64,000 nt of DNA. It comes from Camelus ferus. Lineage: Eukaryota. The position numbers were made by a program, and so were the translations under genes. Positions 1 through 12,220 of this stretch are shown here, one piece after another. The notes under the pieces are model-generated. The model ran no database searches. It saw nothing but the letters and a program-made list of their open reading frames with translations, and was not told the origin of the DNA. Where the stretch lies: assembly GCF_009834535.1 (NCBI RefSeq), contig NC_045697.1:7380001-7444000 (forward strand), given 5' to 3'. How positions within the stretch are numbered: position 1 is the stretch's first letter; every line of letters starts with the position of its first letter.

Positions 1-452
1 TACAGTTGGTTCACAATGCTGTATTAATTTCTGGTGTATAGTATAGTGATTCGATTATACATAGATGTATTCCTTTTCATACTCTTTTTCATTATAGAGT
101 ATTACAAGTCATTGAGTATGGTTCCCTGTTCTACACAATAGAACCTTGTTGTTTATCTGCTTTATATATAGTAGTTAGTATCTGCAAATCTCAAGCTCTC
201 AATTTATCCCTCCCTACCTTTTCTCCCCTGGTAACCATAAATTTGTTTTCTGTGTCTGTGAGTCTGTTTCTGTTTTGTAAATAAGTTCATTTGTGTCATT
301 TCTTTAAAAGAGTCTACATATAATGTAATATCATATGGTATTTTTCTTTCTCTTTCTGGCTTATTTCACTTAGTATGATGATCTCAGGTCCATCCATATT
401 GCTACAAATGGCATTGTTTTATTCTTTTTTATGGCTGAGTAGTATTCTATTG
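1..452 (-). mobile_element. L1 3' UTR fragment (artiodactyl/camelid type), runs off the window start
   Basis: Antisense L1 3' UTR motifs (ggtaaccataaatttgttttc, cttatttcacttagtatgatg, tttttatggctgagtagtattc); homologous to copies at 22012, 32730 and 45601. Confidence 0.9.
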
Positions 453-814
453 TGGCTTATACTTTTGACATTTGTGAAGATACTTGATCACTTGGTTTTA
501 CTGTAGAAATTGTCCATTGGTTTTTATTGTGGTATCCTAGTTTTTCTCTTTGTTTTATTTGAGGATAGTGAGAGTTGAATTCTAAGAGATCCAAAAACTA
601 TTTTGCTTCCACCACTATATTTGTCCTAGGACCATCTCCCACTGCACAACCCTTTTGAAAATATTTACTTAAAGAGGAGAATGGAAATGGAGCAGTGACT
701 TGAGAAAGAAAGAGTCAGAAAAGGCCTTTTAGGATAAAAATGTTATTAACTGTATTCCTTAATTTAGCACCAAATTGAGTGAAAAATAAATAATGTGAAA
801 AGAATATGCAGTCA

Positions 815-975
815 TAAGACCTGAGTTCAAGTTCTGATTTTGCCAAGTGCCTTCTGATCTGAGTAAATTGCTTGTTCCAATGAAATATGAGCTTCAGTAT
901 CTGAAAAAAGCAAATACAGATATCTTCCCTGGCTCCATCATTGGGAGGATAAAAATGCAGTATTTCAAGTGGAAT
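815..975 (+). mobile_element. MIR SINE fragment
   Basis: gacctgagttcaagttctgattttgcc...gagcttcagtatctgaaaaa...gggaggataaaatg resembles the degenerate MIR core. Confidence 0.5.
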
Positions 976-1179
976 CGCCAAATAAACAGGAAATAAGTTA
1001 AGAGAAACTTTCCAGTAGAAAGTCAAGTAGGATATGCACAATTTGACAAATTCAGCCACTGATGAAATTGACACAAAGCCAATAAGCCAACAGAGACTAA
1101 CTGGCGTGCATTCACTCCAGCAACACAATTTCTCAAGCAGCTCCCAGTGGGATAAAGGAAGACAGTCTGGATTTTGCAG

Positions 1180-1237
1180 CTTTACTATCAAAGCCTCCAA
1201 AGAGTTCATAAAAAGGTTTTACAGAGGTTAATCTGTG
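1180..1237 (+). CDS. Possible 58-nt internal coding exon (LYYQSLQRVHKKVLQRLIC + 1 nt)
   Basis: Weak acceptor attttgcag, strong donor GTG/gtaagc at 1238. Open in phase 0 and ends in phase 1, matching the exon at 4099. No homology recognised. Confidence 0.2.
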
Positions 1238-2339
1238 GTAAGCGCAGCTGAACGGTGTAGACTTCAGAATGCAAATGTGTTTATTTTGTCAAAGGGAAAG
1301 AAGATGAATAAAGAGTCAAAACAAAAGAGCCCATTTCTTCTGTGACTCTTTCAGTGATCTTGCAACAATGAGGCTTTCTCTCCTGGGGAGACAAGGTTCC
1401 TAGGAGGGACTACAAAAAGAAAAATTAAAGAAAGGGAAAAAAATAACACAAAACAAAATAACCTTAGGGCTCGGAGATGTGTGCTCGTTCTTGGCTTTGT
1501 CTTACATCTTAATTGTTGTTGTTTTGTTTCTGTTTTTCATGGTAAGTTTTCTGGGAAAAGTCACAGCTTTTTACAATGCAGGCACTCAATCAATATTCAC
1601 TGTAGTTTGTGCGGCTCCAAGCATTCTTGCATAGTAATTTTGCAAATTATTTTTTTTAAAATAAACTATCCTCATGTAACCAAAGGCAGGATTTGAGAGC
1701 AAAATAGATACTTTTACTAAAGAATATTGGCAAAAATCATACAGAAAGAATTCTAAAACATGGAGTTTGGCATTATAGAAATATATATGATGTTGAGTCA
1801 TTATTTGGACCTGTTTTAGATTGAACCCAATGATTCAGAAGATTTATATACATGGTCTCCCCCTAACCATCTTTATGATCCTATCAACTTCTGCTCCAAG
1901 AGGACCATCAGTTCATAGCACAATAGACACGAAACATCACGATGCCACAGGTAGACGTCACAACAGGAGCTGGGAGTAAGACGTAAGGGTGACATACAGA
2001 AACAGTATCTGTGGCTTGTTAGAAATATGGCGCCAGCACAGTATAACACACAAAAGTGACCCAGACCATAAAAAGTCATAGGGAGGGACAGAATGTCACT
2101 CACTGTGAGGAAGATAGAAATATGACAATACTGAAAGAGGCTAAGATTTTCTTCCCTTTCCCCATTTCCAATGATACCAAATGTCAAACGCAGGTTACAG
2201 AGTAAAAGACACAACTCAGCACACAGAACTGAGGCTACGTTACAGAAGAATCTAGGTAGGTCATGGAAGGGCTCAAAGAACATGGAAGTGGTCCTCAATG
2301 GAGAAAGTACAGGAAAAATAAGGTCCCACAGGAGAGAAA

Positions 2340-3130
2340 CTCATCAGAAAAGAATCAGAGAGTTGCTTTAGAGGATCTTGACCTCAGTTGTCTAATCTGT
2401 CCCAGAAAAATTACATATATGATACTGATTTTAAAAAAAAATCTGGACGTTGATATCAGAGAATTATTATCAGTGATTGGAATTCTGGGGGAACAAACTA
2501 GATTCCTGAAGTCTGGGGTCATGCAATATTGTTTAATTTTTTAAATGCCAAAGGTAGGTGCAAAATATTGAAAGCTAGTGATTAGACACAAGCATTTAGC
2601 ATAATGCTTATCACGGAGAATTCATCAGAAATAAAAGTGTATTGAACAACTAAATGAATTGATATTTATGTAAAAGGTATGTGGAATCGATTTAAAAAAA
2701 AAACCCAAAAAACCAGTATTGGTTCATGGACAATGGGTCAGGGCAAACTAAACTTATTACCGTTACCATTTTGACAGGGTTGATAGACTTAGAAATAGAT
2801 AAATTTTTTACCTGGATTTTAGAGGATATTTGGCAAAAATCTTATGGTCCCCTCACATTCAAGATGTAGAAATGCAGGTTACATGACAGTGTAATCATTT
2901 AATTCCTAGATGATTGCATAAATCATGAAGAAAGAATTCATGAGTCAGTGTCAAGTGACAAAGGTCCCTAGTGATGTATCCGAGGGTCTTGTCTTTAACC
3001 GTGTCCTATTTAATATTTTAATTAAACACTGGTCTGATTACAGATACATGGATAAGTGTAGATGACATGCAGTAAGGAGTGTAGACTCTCCTGGGCGAGA
3101 GAACCAAGATTGTCCAGCATACAGTGTCTT
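2340..3130 (+). mobile_element. CR1/L3 LINE relic (RT region)
   Basis: Degenerate CR1 RT motifs: tttgacagggtt...acctggattttag...ggtccctagtgatgtatccgagggtcttgtc...gtcctatttaatattttta. Confidence 0.55.
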
Positions 3131-3662
3131 GTAACTATAAAAGAAAGAAAGAAACAAGTCTCATACCCAATGGTCTTCTAATTGTAAATAAGAATTCATG
3201 AGGTGAGGTTGGGTCATTCACTCTTCTTCACTTCTTCTCCCTCCTTCAGATCCTTGAGAAATAAAGCATAGATGCAAGTAATCCTCAGACCTATGTGTAT
3301 TTCTCATTAATACATACAATAGGATTTGTCCCAAGTCCCCATTTTTTGGCTCACGCTGATGATTTATCTTTCTAAGTGACATGAGATAATCCCCTTCCCT
3401 TTCTTTTGATTAAAAGTTGGTGATATTTGTTACATTTTCTCTGGCTCTGCCTTCCATCTTTGAAATTTTAAAATCCAAATTTGATTTCTTAATCACAAGC
3501 ATACTGTATCAAGACTGCCATCCTAAAATATAGATATCCTCTCGTATCATATTGTATTCTTTCATTGTGTTCATGTATTCATTGCTTATTCCACTAACTT
3601 ATTTAACATTAACCAAGGACCAACTTGTGCTGGAAAGAGTGAAGTCAATAAGGTAGTTCTTG

Positions 3663-3769
3663 GGAGGTGGGTACAGCTCAGCGCTAGGGAATATGATTAG
3701 CATGCATGAGGTCCTGGGTTCAATTCCCAGCACCTCCATTTAAAAAAAAGATCAGAAATAAAAATAAAA
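3663..3769 (+). mobile_element. tRNA-derived SINE (camelid Vic-1-like) within an L2 relic
   Basis: A-box-like tacagctcagcgctag, B box ggttcaattcc and A-rich tail; imperfect TSD aaggtagttcttg (3650-3662) / aagatatttcttg (3770-3782). Confidence 0.9.
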
Positions 3770-4098
3770 AAGATATTTCTTGTCCTTCATAAGATCCTAA
3801 TTGATAAGGATGGCACCAGAAAAAGCAATAGGTAATTATAATATAATATGATGAGTTGAATGATTGAAGAAAACATTGGAGTTTTAGGAATAAAAAGAAG
3901 ACAAAGTAGGAGGTTTTGGGGTAAAAGCCACAGGTAGATTAGCAAAGTTTCTGAAAGATGTTAAATTTAAATAAAAAAATAAGAAATAAAATAAAATAAT
4001 TAGCAAAAAAGGAATAAAAGATTTTATGGCTGTATTAAAAATTTTCTCAATCTTTTGGAGACATAAGGAAGCCAATGCCCTGCTTGTTCCTTCTTCAG

Positions 4099-4190
4099 AG
4101 AGCACCGAACTTTCAGGCTCTGGACCGAAACTCTTGGCCAGCACTCTCTCTAGTGGTGGACCGGTGAACTACCCCTCTGCAGATCCCTAA
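4099..4190 (+). CDS. Candidate 3'-terminal coding exon of an unidentified gene (xSTELSGSGPKLLASTLSSGGPVNYPSADP*)
   Basis: Pyrimidine-rich acceptor ccctgcttgttccttcttcag ends at 4098. Phase-1 frame is open to TAA at 4188-4190, in non-repetitive sequence richer in GC than its flanks. AATAAA lies 83 nt downstream. Confidence 0.4.
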
Positions 4191-4272
4191 GCTGCAGGAT
4201 CTTGAGGAAAATGATGCACATGAAGATGCCCAGTGTGTAGACAATATTTACTAACTCTTTGTTGACTCTAAG

Positions 4273-4278
4273 AATAAA
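4273..4278 (+). promoter_or_regulatory. Candidate polyadenylation signal AATAAA (second copy at 4325-4330)
   Basis: Canonical hexamer shortly after the stop codon of the candidate terminal exon. Confidence 0.35.
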
Positions 4279-5229
4279 CACATCAATACTATAGAAATAC
4301 GTCTCCATGAGAGCAATGCCAGCAAATAAAAAATTGTATCTGTAAGATCTCACCTAAGGAGAAGTGGCACCAACCAGAAAAAAAGCATGCAAAGATATTC
4401 AGAGACAAGGAAATCTGCAAAAACGTTAAGGACCTGAAACGGGAGAGGTCTGGCTTTGATTCACGGCTAACTTACGGCTGTGGCTGTGGGTGAGTCATTT
4501 CAGCAGTCTGCCTCTTACTTTCCTTAACTGATGTATTTGTGTTGAACATATGTCCCAGGCTTGGTTTATGCCCCTGGTACCAGGTAATGGTTAATGACAT
4601 CTCATTTCACTCCCTAATGTGCCCCATTTGGGTTATAAATTATACGGTCACCCTAGTTACATGATCTAAGGGCCATGTTCTTTTACTTTTATGGGGAGAA
4701 TTAAATGAGCACGAGGCAACAGGTGGGTCAGCAGTGACTTCGGTGTTGGGTTCTTGCTCAGTGAGTTTTTGCACTGAAGCTTGCCCTTTGGAGCTAATCG
4801 GATCAGTGACTCTGATCAGTGTTTCCCTCTGTCTTCAGTGTGTCCTACTCAGGAAAAATAAGGAGAGTGGGAACTGTGGGTTTTCCCATAAAATTCATAA
4901 AGTTAACTTTACTCGGAAAATATGAAAGCCCTCGGAAATCACATATTTCTTTACTAATTCCGGCCTCTTGAAATCCTTAATTTTTTTTTACATCTTTCAC
5001 AAAGAATTGGGAAGCTTGGCATATCCACTAAAATCTAAAAAACAAAAAGCAAAAAAACAAAAAACAAAAAACAAACTATGGAAAAGGAAATAAAACCAGG
5101 ATAATGAATGCCCTGTGTTTTGGGTTTGGGTTTAAGCTGGGCGTCCCCACAGCTGCACATTCAGTTCCTCTAAAAACATAAATACGAAATAACCTTAATA
5201 TTCTAATAATAAGTAACTAGTAGAGTAAA

Positions 5230-5570
5230 TTATAGAGGACTCACACAAAGGGACACACTGCAGTCACTAAAAATGATGGTATAGAGCTATATTTATTGAC
5301 ATGGAAAATTGCTCATAGCATGTTATCAAGTGAAAACTGCAGGTGCTGAGAAGCAGGTGCAGTCTTATCATAAAATTACATAAAATTATGTAATACATAG
5401 TTGATACATTTATGTGGATACGGAAATGTCTGAAATACTCATCAAAAGATTAATAGTGGTTATCTCTGGGTGGGGTGATTTAAGAGGACTTTTGTTTTGT
5501 TTTCCTTAAGTGATAAATATATTTGCTTTTCATAAAAACATAAAATATCTGATTTACATGCAATTGCAGA
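5230..5570 (+). mobile_element. Ancient L1 (L1ME-like) 3' end
   Basis: tatatttattgacatggaaaa...aagtgaaaa...ttaatagtggttatctctgggtgggg, typical of L1ME 3' ends. Confidence 0.7.
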
Positions 5571-5776
5571 AGAAATATCTGTGAGACTATAGTTTCAGAG
5601 GTCGGAATAATCTGTATGCAAATGATGAGCTTAGACGGCGACATGAAACAGTTAAATAGTAGGAACTTCACACACTAGAATGTGCTCTTCCGTTAGCATT
5701 GAGTCTTTGTGTATTTGCAGTTCTTACATCCTACCCCCCAAAAAGATAAGACCAGGAGACCCTTAATACTAGTTCC

Positions 5777-6245
5777 TGTGTATGCCAGCCTTGGAGATGA
5801 TCCCCGGTGGTCCTTGCCTCCCGGTAGTAACATCCTTGTGTTAATCTGTGACTCACAATGCATAGAATAAAGCCAAAGTGATGTGTGTGATTCAGAGATT
5901 AGCTCATTACAAGTCTCCTTCTCTCTGTACCACTCACTTTGGGAGACGTCAGCAGCTGTATCATGAAACCACTCAGTAGCCTGGGGAGAGGCCCATGGGG
6001 TGAGGACCTGAGGTCTCCAGTCATCAGCCAAGGAGAAACCAAAGCTGGCCAACTACTCAGATGACCATAGCCCTTGCCAGCAGATTAACATCATCTCGTG
6101 ACAGAGCCTGAGCCAGAACTAGCTAGCTAAGACACTTCCTGGATTCCTGGTCCACAGAAGTAGAGTGAGATAGTAAGTGTTTATTGTCATAAGCTGGTAA
6201 GTTTTTACCAGCATCATTTGTTACAAGACAATGGATGACTTAACA
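5777..6245 (+). mobile_element. MaLR solo LTR (MLT1E/F-like)
   Basis: gaggcccatggggtgaggacctgagg...agccagaactagctagctaag...ttcctggtccacagaa...tttgttac...taaca. Confidence 0.8.
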
Positions 6246-6869
6246 CTATTCCAAACACACTTGACAAGCTTTCTTTCTGGAAGCATATAGTTAAGGTGCG
6301 CTAATCTCAGCCAGCTTTTGCTCCAATGCCAGGCTCACTCCCTCTTCTACTGATGAAAGATTTCTCAAGCAGGCTGTTTAGTGTTTTTTCAGTATCAATC
6401 GTATTTCATGTTCTTGGCACTGAGTATCTAAGTCAGGTATCACAAAAGTATGTGATGGTTGGTTTTAGGTTGAAAGCTTGCCTGAAATCGGGATTCTAGG
6501 TGCACAGCTTGTTCAGACCTCTGATCCGATTTCCCTCAGGGTCCCGTCCTCTGGAGGGGGTCTGCAATCCGCATCTACTTATGTGGCTGATAACGTAGCA
6601 TGTAAAGCCCATCTCTTCCCGACATAAGAGCCGGAAGGTTATGGAGTGCTCGTTAGTCTTCGGAAATTTCAAAACAAATAGGAAAGCACTCCCATTTTGG
6701 TTATGATGGATAATGAATATTGGACTTATTCTTCACCTGTAAAAGAAGCAACAATGATGAAAACTACACAAAATATATGAAACTATTTTTCAGCCTTGGC
6801 AACAGAGATCACAGAGCCGTAGTCCACAGGTGAAATAAAAAACAGCAAAGAAACAGAAACACTGAGAAA

Positions 6870-9800
6870 ATAATAAACAAATAAGAACATGATAGACATA
6901 AATCCAGTCAGATTATCATTTCAATTATATACAAATTAATGAAGCATTTCAATGGAAGGCGGAAATTGGCAGACTAGATACATAAACCTTATTGTATGCT
7001 GTTTACATGGAGCACACTTTAAACAGAAAGAAATAAAAAGGTTAAAAGTAAAATAATGCGAAAAGACATACCTTGTGAACACTAATCAAAAGAAAGCTGG
7101 AGTGGCTGTAATATTAGCAGATAATGTAGACTTTAAAACAAGAAATGTTACCAGTGATAAAGAGAAGAATTTTATAGTGATAAAAGTGCCGATTTTTCAA
7201 GGAGATCTAAGAATCCTAAAATGCATCTAATAATAGAGCTTTAAAATACATGAATACAAGTTGGTAGAACCAAAGCCACAGATTTTTTTAAAAAATTAAC
7301 TTCTACAATTTGAGACTTTTAACATTTCTCCCTCAGAAATTGATAGAGCAGACGAAATATCACTAAGGATATCGAAGAACTGAAAAACAGTATCAAATTA
7401 CTTGACCTAATTGATGTTTATAGAATACCCAAAAAGTGTAAAATGAAGTGTTTTCAAGCATTATAGAAATTTACCAAGATAATCCATATCCTGGACTATA
7501 AAACAACTCAACAGATTTTGAATAAATTAAACCAAACAATCTGTCTATCACGAAATTTTAGTAAAAAATAGTTTAAAATATCTGAAAAATAGGTAGTTGG
7601 TAAATAAATGTAAAGTCTTCCAGGTAACACATGGATCAAAAATAATTTGTGTATTTAGTACTATTTAGCATTAAATTAATACTAAATACAACATAGTAAA
7701 GATAATTTTAAAATAATAAATACAAAATCATTTCTACTATATAGTGAATCTTTTAAATAAAAAAGAAAATTTGTGGATACAGCTAAGCACTAGTTAGAGA
7801 GAAATCTGTAATTTCAAATGATTCTATTAGAAAAGAACATAGGTTTACAATTAATAATCTAAGTTTAAACATTAAGAAGCTAGAAAAATAAGAGTAAATT
7901 AAATGCAAATTAAGAAGGAAGGGAATAATACAGATAAGGGTAGAAATACATAAAAAATAAGAATAAACAATAAAGTCAACAAAAGCAAGAAGTGATTCTT
8001 TGATATGAGCAATAAAATTAATACCCCCATAGTTAGACTAACCAGGAAAGAAAAGAGATGAAACACAAACTAGGAATATCAGGAATGAAGGAGATGCCAT
8101 AGCTAAGAATCTTAATAATAATAAAAGAATCTTAAAAGATGATTATGAAACCCTTTACGCCATTAAACTCTTCAGTTTAAATGATATGGAAGAATTCCTT
8201 GAAGATGCATATTAGCAAAACTGTCTCAAGAAGAAAAAAAGATCTGACTAGCCCTGCATCTATTAGAGAAAGTTACTTTGTATTTAAGTATCTTTCCACA
8301 AAGGAAATTCCAGGCTTAAATGTCTTCCTAGGTGAACCCCAGCAGATGTTTAAAGTACTATACACGTTGCTTCAGAAAACAGAGGAGGAGGAAGCCCTTT
8401 TCAACTGAGTTTATGAGACAAGATCACTAGGACACCAAAACCAGGAAGACACTCCGCAAGAGACAAAAACTCAGCACCAGCATCTCTAATGAATAAACAC
8501 AAAAACCTTCACAAAGTAAGCATTAACAAATCATTTCTGACAATATATGAAAATGGTAATACACCATGATCAAGTCCTATTTATCCAACACATGCAAGGT
8601 TGACTTAACATTACAAAATAAATCAATCTACTTTGCCATTATTGACAAAGAAAAATGTACATAATCATCTCAATAAATGCAAAAACCCCTACTGATACCA
8701 ATCTCAGCACACGTAGATTAAATGGAACTTTTTCAACCTGATAAGGGACATCTGCACAATAACCTACAACTAACATCAGATGCAATGGTAAAACCAGGAT
8801 TAAAGACGGAGCAGGCATATCCATCCATGGCACTTGCATTCCCCAGTGTACTGAAGCACTTGGACAGTGAAAATCAAGATAATAAACAGACAAATAAATG
8901 GTATATGTACTTTTTGCAATTGCATAAAATAATAAAGTATTTAATAATAAACAGCTAAAGATCTGTAAGACCTTAGTGAAAACTATAAAACATTGCTTAA
9001 AAAGTTTAAAAATCTAAATAAATGCAGAAATATGCCATATTCATAATTTTAAAGAATTAATATTTTCCAGTGTCAGTTCTCCCAAATTGATTAATAGATT
9101 CTGCAAAACATGAAGCAAATTATAATAAGATTTTGTTGCATTAATTTGCAAGCTACACTTTCGTGCCAGAACTTAGAATTACCAAAACTATTTGGAAAAA
9201 GAACAAGGTTGAATTCAACATAAAGCTTCAGCAATTAAGTGTGTTAACCTGGCATAAAGATAAACAAACAGATCATTGTAACAGATTAATTTTCATTAAA
9301 TACACCCATAATTATCAAGTCAATTAATATTCAACAAAAGGTAACAAGTTGATTCTATGAAAAAAATTAATTTTCAAAATTATGTAAAACCAATTACTAT
9401 CTTAAGAAAAAAGATGAATCTCAACCCCTGGTCCATATTCTATGCAAAAATTAATTTGAATGGGCCAGATACCTAAATTCAAAAGCTAAAATTAGAAAGT
9501 TTCTGAGAGAAAACATAGAAGAAACATCTCTGTGACTGACGGGCAGGCAAAAATTTATTTGAGGACAGACTGAGGATATATTTAAAAATAACAAATTGAC
9601 CTTTATAAAAATTAAGCTTCTCAGTTTATCAAAGGACTCTCAATAAAATGAAAAAGGAGGCCACAAACTGAGAGATAACATCATTTGTACAGTTATCTGG
9701 GGAAAGATTTTTTTTCCCCGTAATAAAGTATCCTACAATTAAAATTAAATGAAAAGGGGAAAGTATATCTCAGTGGTAGAGTGTTTGCTTAGCATGCATG

Positions 9801-10375
9801 AGGTCCTGGGTTCAATTCCCAGTACCTCCATTAAAATAAGTAAATAAATCTAATTACCTTCCCCCTCCAAATATATGAATAAATAATATGAAAAATAAAA
9901 CAATGTAAAATAAAAAGGAAGATATATAAAGACCAATAAGCACACTTGAAAAAATTTTTTTAAGTACTGGACATCATTAGCCACCAAGAAAATGTACATT
10001 TTAAACCACCGTAAGATACCATACAGATCCATAGAAGGAGCTAAAATCACTACACCAAAATATTGCTGATGAGGTAAAGCAGTCAGAACTCTCCTTTTGA
10101 GAGTATAAAATATTACAGACACTTTGCAAAACTCTTGGCAGTTTCTAACAAAGTTAAGTATACAGCTATCCAACGATTAAAGTATTCCACTCGAGATGTT
10201 TGCTCAAGAGAAATGAAAACATATGCCACAAAAAGACTTTTAGGAGAATGTTCAGAGCAGTTTTACTTACAGTAGGAAAAAAAACAAAAACCCTCCAGTA
10301 TGTACTAACAGGATAATGGATAAATACATTTTGATATATTTATATAATATCACTCAGCAATATATAAATATAACT
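6870..10375 (+). mobile_element. Old L1M element, degraded ORF2 to 3' UTR
   Basis: Collinear ORF2 remnants: endonuclease region (aaagaaagctggagtggct...gtagactttaaaacaa), RT region (atcatctcaataaatgcaaaa) and 3' region (ccaataagcac...aaatgaaaacatat); many stops and frameshifts. Confidence 0.9.
9756..9900 (+). mobile_element. tRNA-derived SINE (camelid Vic-1-like) inserted in the L1M
   Basis: ctcagtggtagagtg...gcatgaggtcctgggttcaattcccagtacctcc followed by the aaataaatctaattaccttcccc tail. Confidence 0.9.
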
Positions 10376-10395
10376 ATATATATACATACACATAT

Positions 10396-10565
10396 AGCTC
10401 TGGCATCTGCTCTTCTTATAAGAACACCATTCCCACTGGATGAGAGCCCTACCCTATGACTTCATTTAATAACCTCCTTAAAAGCCTCCTCATTGCACTG
10501 GGTAATGATTAGGGCTCCACCATATGAATTGGGGTTGGGGCTGGGGCACAATTCAGTCCATAACA
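10396..10565 (-). mobile_element. MLT1A-like LTR fragment
   Basis: tcttcttataag...ccctatgacttcatttaa...cacaattcagtccataaca terminus. Confidence 0.75.
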
Positions 10566-11249
10566 GTAACTTACAGACTTAAAAAAATATACCTCCCCAA
10601 AAAACCACATAAACGAAAAAAAAACTGGGGAAAGATGTATTTATAGTCTTCGGGAATTTTATTTCTAGCGCTATAAATGCTTTATGATATTCAGGGTCAC
10701 ATTTTTTTATATCACGTATAATACAAAATGTTCTGAAGTATTAATCAAAGGAAGCAGAAGTAACAGCATGAAATTCAACACAATTGAGCTACTCTGACTA
10801 TACTGGCCTTACTGGAAATAATATTTAGTTAGGGAAAAATTCAGATATGAGGTAGCTTCCCTTTAAGTAAGGCTTTTGATTTGGCTGGGTGAGCGCAAAG
10901 CCACATCGACTACTCTAAACAATAATTCTCACTAAACTTTTTGTCCTTCTGACATGTTAGAGTTGTTTTCCAAAATTCCACATCAATTGCCTGCTTCCAC
11001 GTATTACACATGTGACAAATTAGTATTTGATAAAATCCATTTGCGCTCCATAGAGTTGTAAAGGAAATAAGCTTTTGAGGGCTGGGCACATTTGAGAAGT
11101 TCAGCTTGTTGGTACTTCTCTTTTCTCCCTTCTTCTCCGTAGGAATCATGGTGGGAGATCCATGGGAGATGCCTTCCCAGGATCCCCGCCATGAATGTCT
11201 CCTGTGCTCCGCCTGGAACAGGCAAATCTTTTTTTCTGTTTCTGCACAG

Positions 11250-12220
11250 TACACACATTGAGCATGTCCTTTGTTTCCAAACACTGCGGTGGGGACTGGC
11301 AATGAGAGATGAGTATGTTTTCTGCCGCAAGAACACTCACATGTAAACAGATCATTCCATGAAGTGTGATGATGGTGCCTACAGAGACAGGGCTATGAAA
11401 CTCTGCCCCGGGCTGGCAAGGAGAGCAGATGTGTGAGCGTCAGAGTTAGAGTAAACTGGAGTCTGCTTGATAGGAATACAGTGCAGAGAGAGAATTCCAG
11501 GCATGAGGAAGAGCATGAAATACCGCAAAACTCAAAGGGAGCATGGCGCGCGTTCTAGAACTCCGTAGATCAGTATGCCTTTGTGGCAGACAGAAGAAGG
11601 AGGGAGAGGAAAAGTAGGACCAAGACAGGTGCGCTGTGAGTGTTGAATACTGCGCTAAGGAGGTTGAGAGTTTTTGTTTGTTTGTGTTTTCCTTTTAGAT
11701 GTTAGGGAGCTCAGGGGGATTTTTTTTTAACATTTTTTATTGAGTTATAGTCATTTTACAATATTGTGTCAAATTCCAGTGTAGAGCACAATTTTTCAGT
11801 TATACATGAACATATATATATTCATTGTCACATTTTTTTCACTGTGAGCTACCACAAGATCTTGTATATATTTCCCTGTGCTATACAGAATAATCTTGTT
11901 TATCTCTTCTGCATATGCCTGTCAGTATCTGCAAGACTGTAGGGTTAGCTTTCTGTCTCATAAAGGCTAGAGCGTCATCTATGTGGAGGGTGGGCAACCA
12001 TTGTCTAGGTGGGAAACCATTGTCACTGTGCAGATGGATTATAAGGAGGCCGGCATCAGAGTTGTTTGTGATTATTCCATTAATTGATTCAGTGCTTAGC
12101 AGAAAACAACGGGCCAGCTAGATGCGAAAGGTCTGTCAGGGAACATGTCAGTATCTCGGCCCTGCGACAATTTAGATTCCACGAGAGGGGCAGACAGACG
12201 AATGGGCACCTAGAAGCATC
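11250..12220 (-). mobile_element. L2 LINE relic interrupted by a young L1
   Basis: Antisense L2 3' motifs (cattgagcatgtcctttgtttccaaacactg; agagaattccaggcatgagg; aggcatttctcatgg). Confidence 0.55.
11720..11934 (-). mobile_element. Young camelid-type L1 3' end (5'-truncated)
   Basis: Poly-T then ttttttattgagttatagtcattttacaa...; near-identical to the copy at 30629-30820. Confidence 0.9.

Noticed and set aside
715..1209. 164-aa minus-strand ORF
   Set aside because: Runs through a MIR relic, has no recognisable domain, and has the composition of translated AT-rich DNA.
4150..4353. Minus-strand hydrophobic 67-aa ORF preceded by an acceptor-like cttctccttag
   Set aside because: Looks like a membrane-protein tail, but no partner exons or homology were recognised. 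The + strand reading has acceptor, stop and nearby AATAAA and is preferred; not fully excluded.
9756..9830. tRNA gene (also 3663 and 39451)
   Set aside because: A and B boxes are present but with A-rich tails, a TSD at 3663 and no intact cloverleaf, so these are SINEs.
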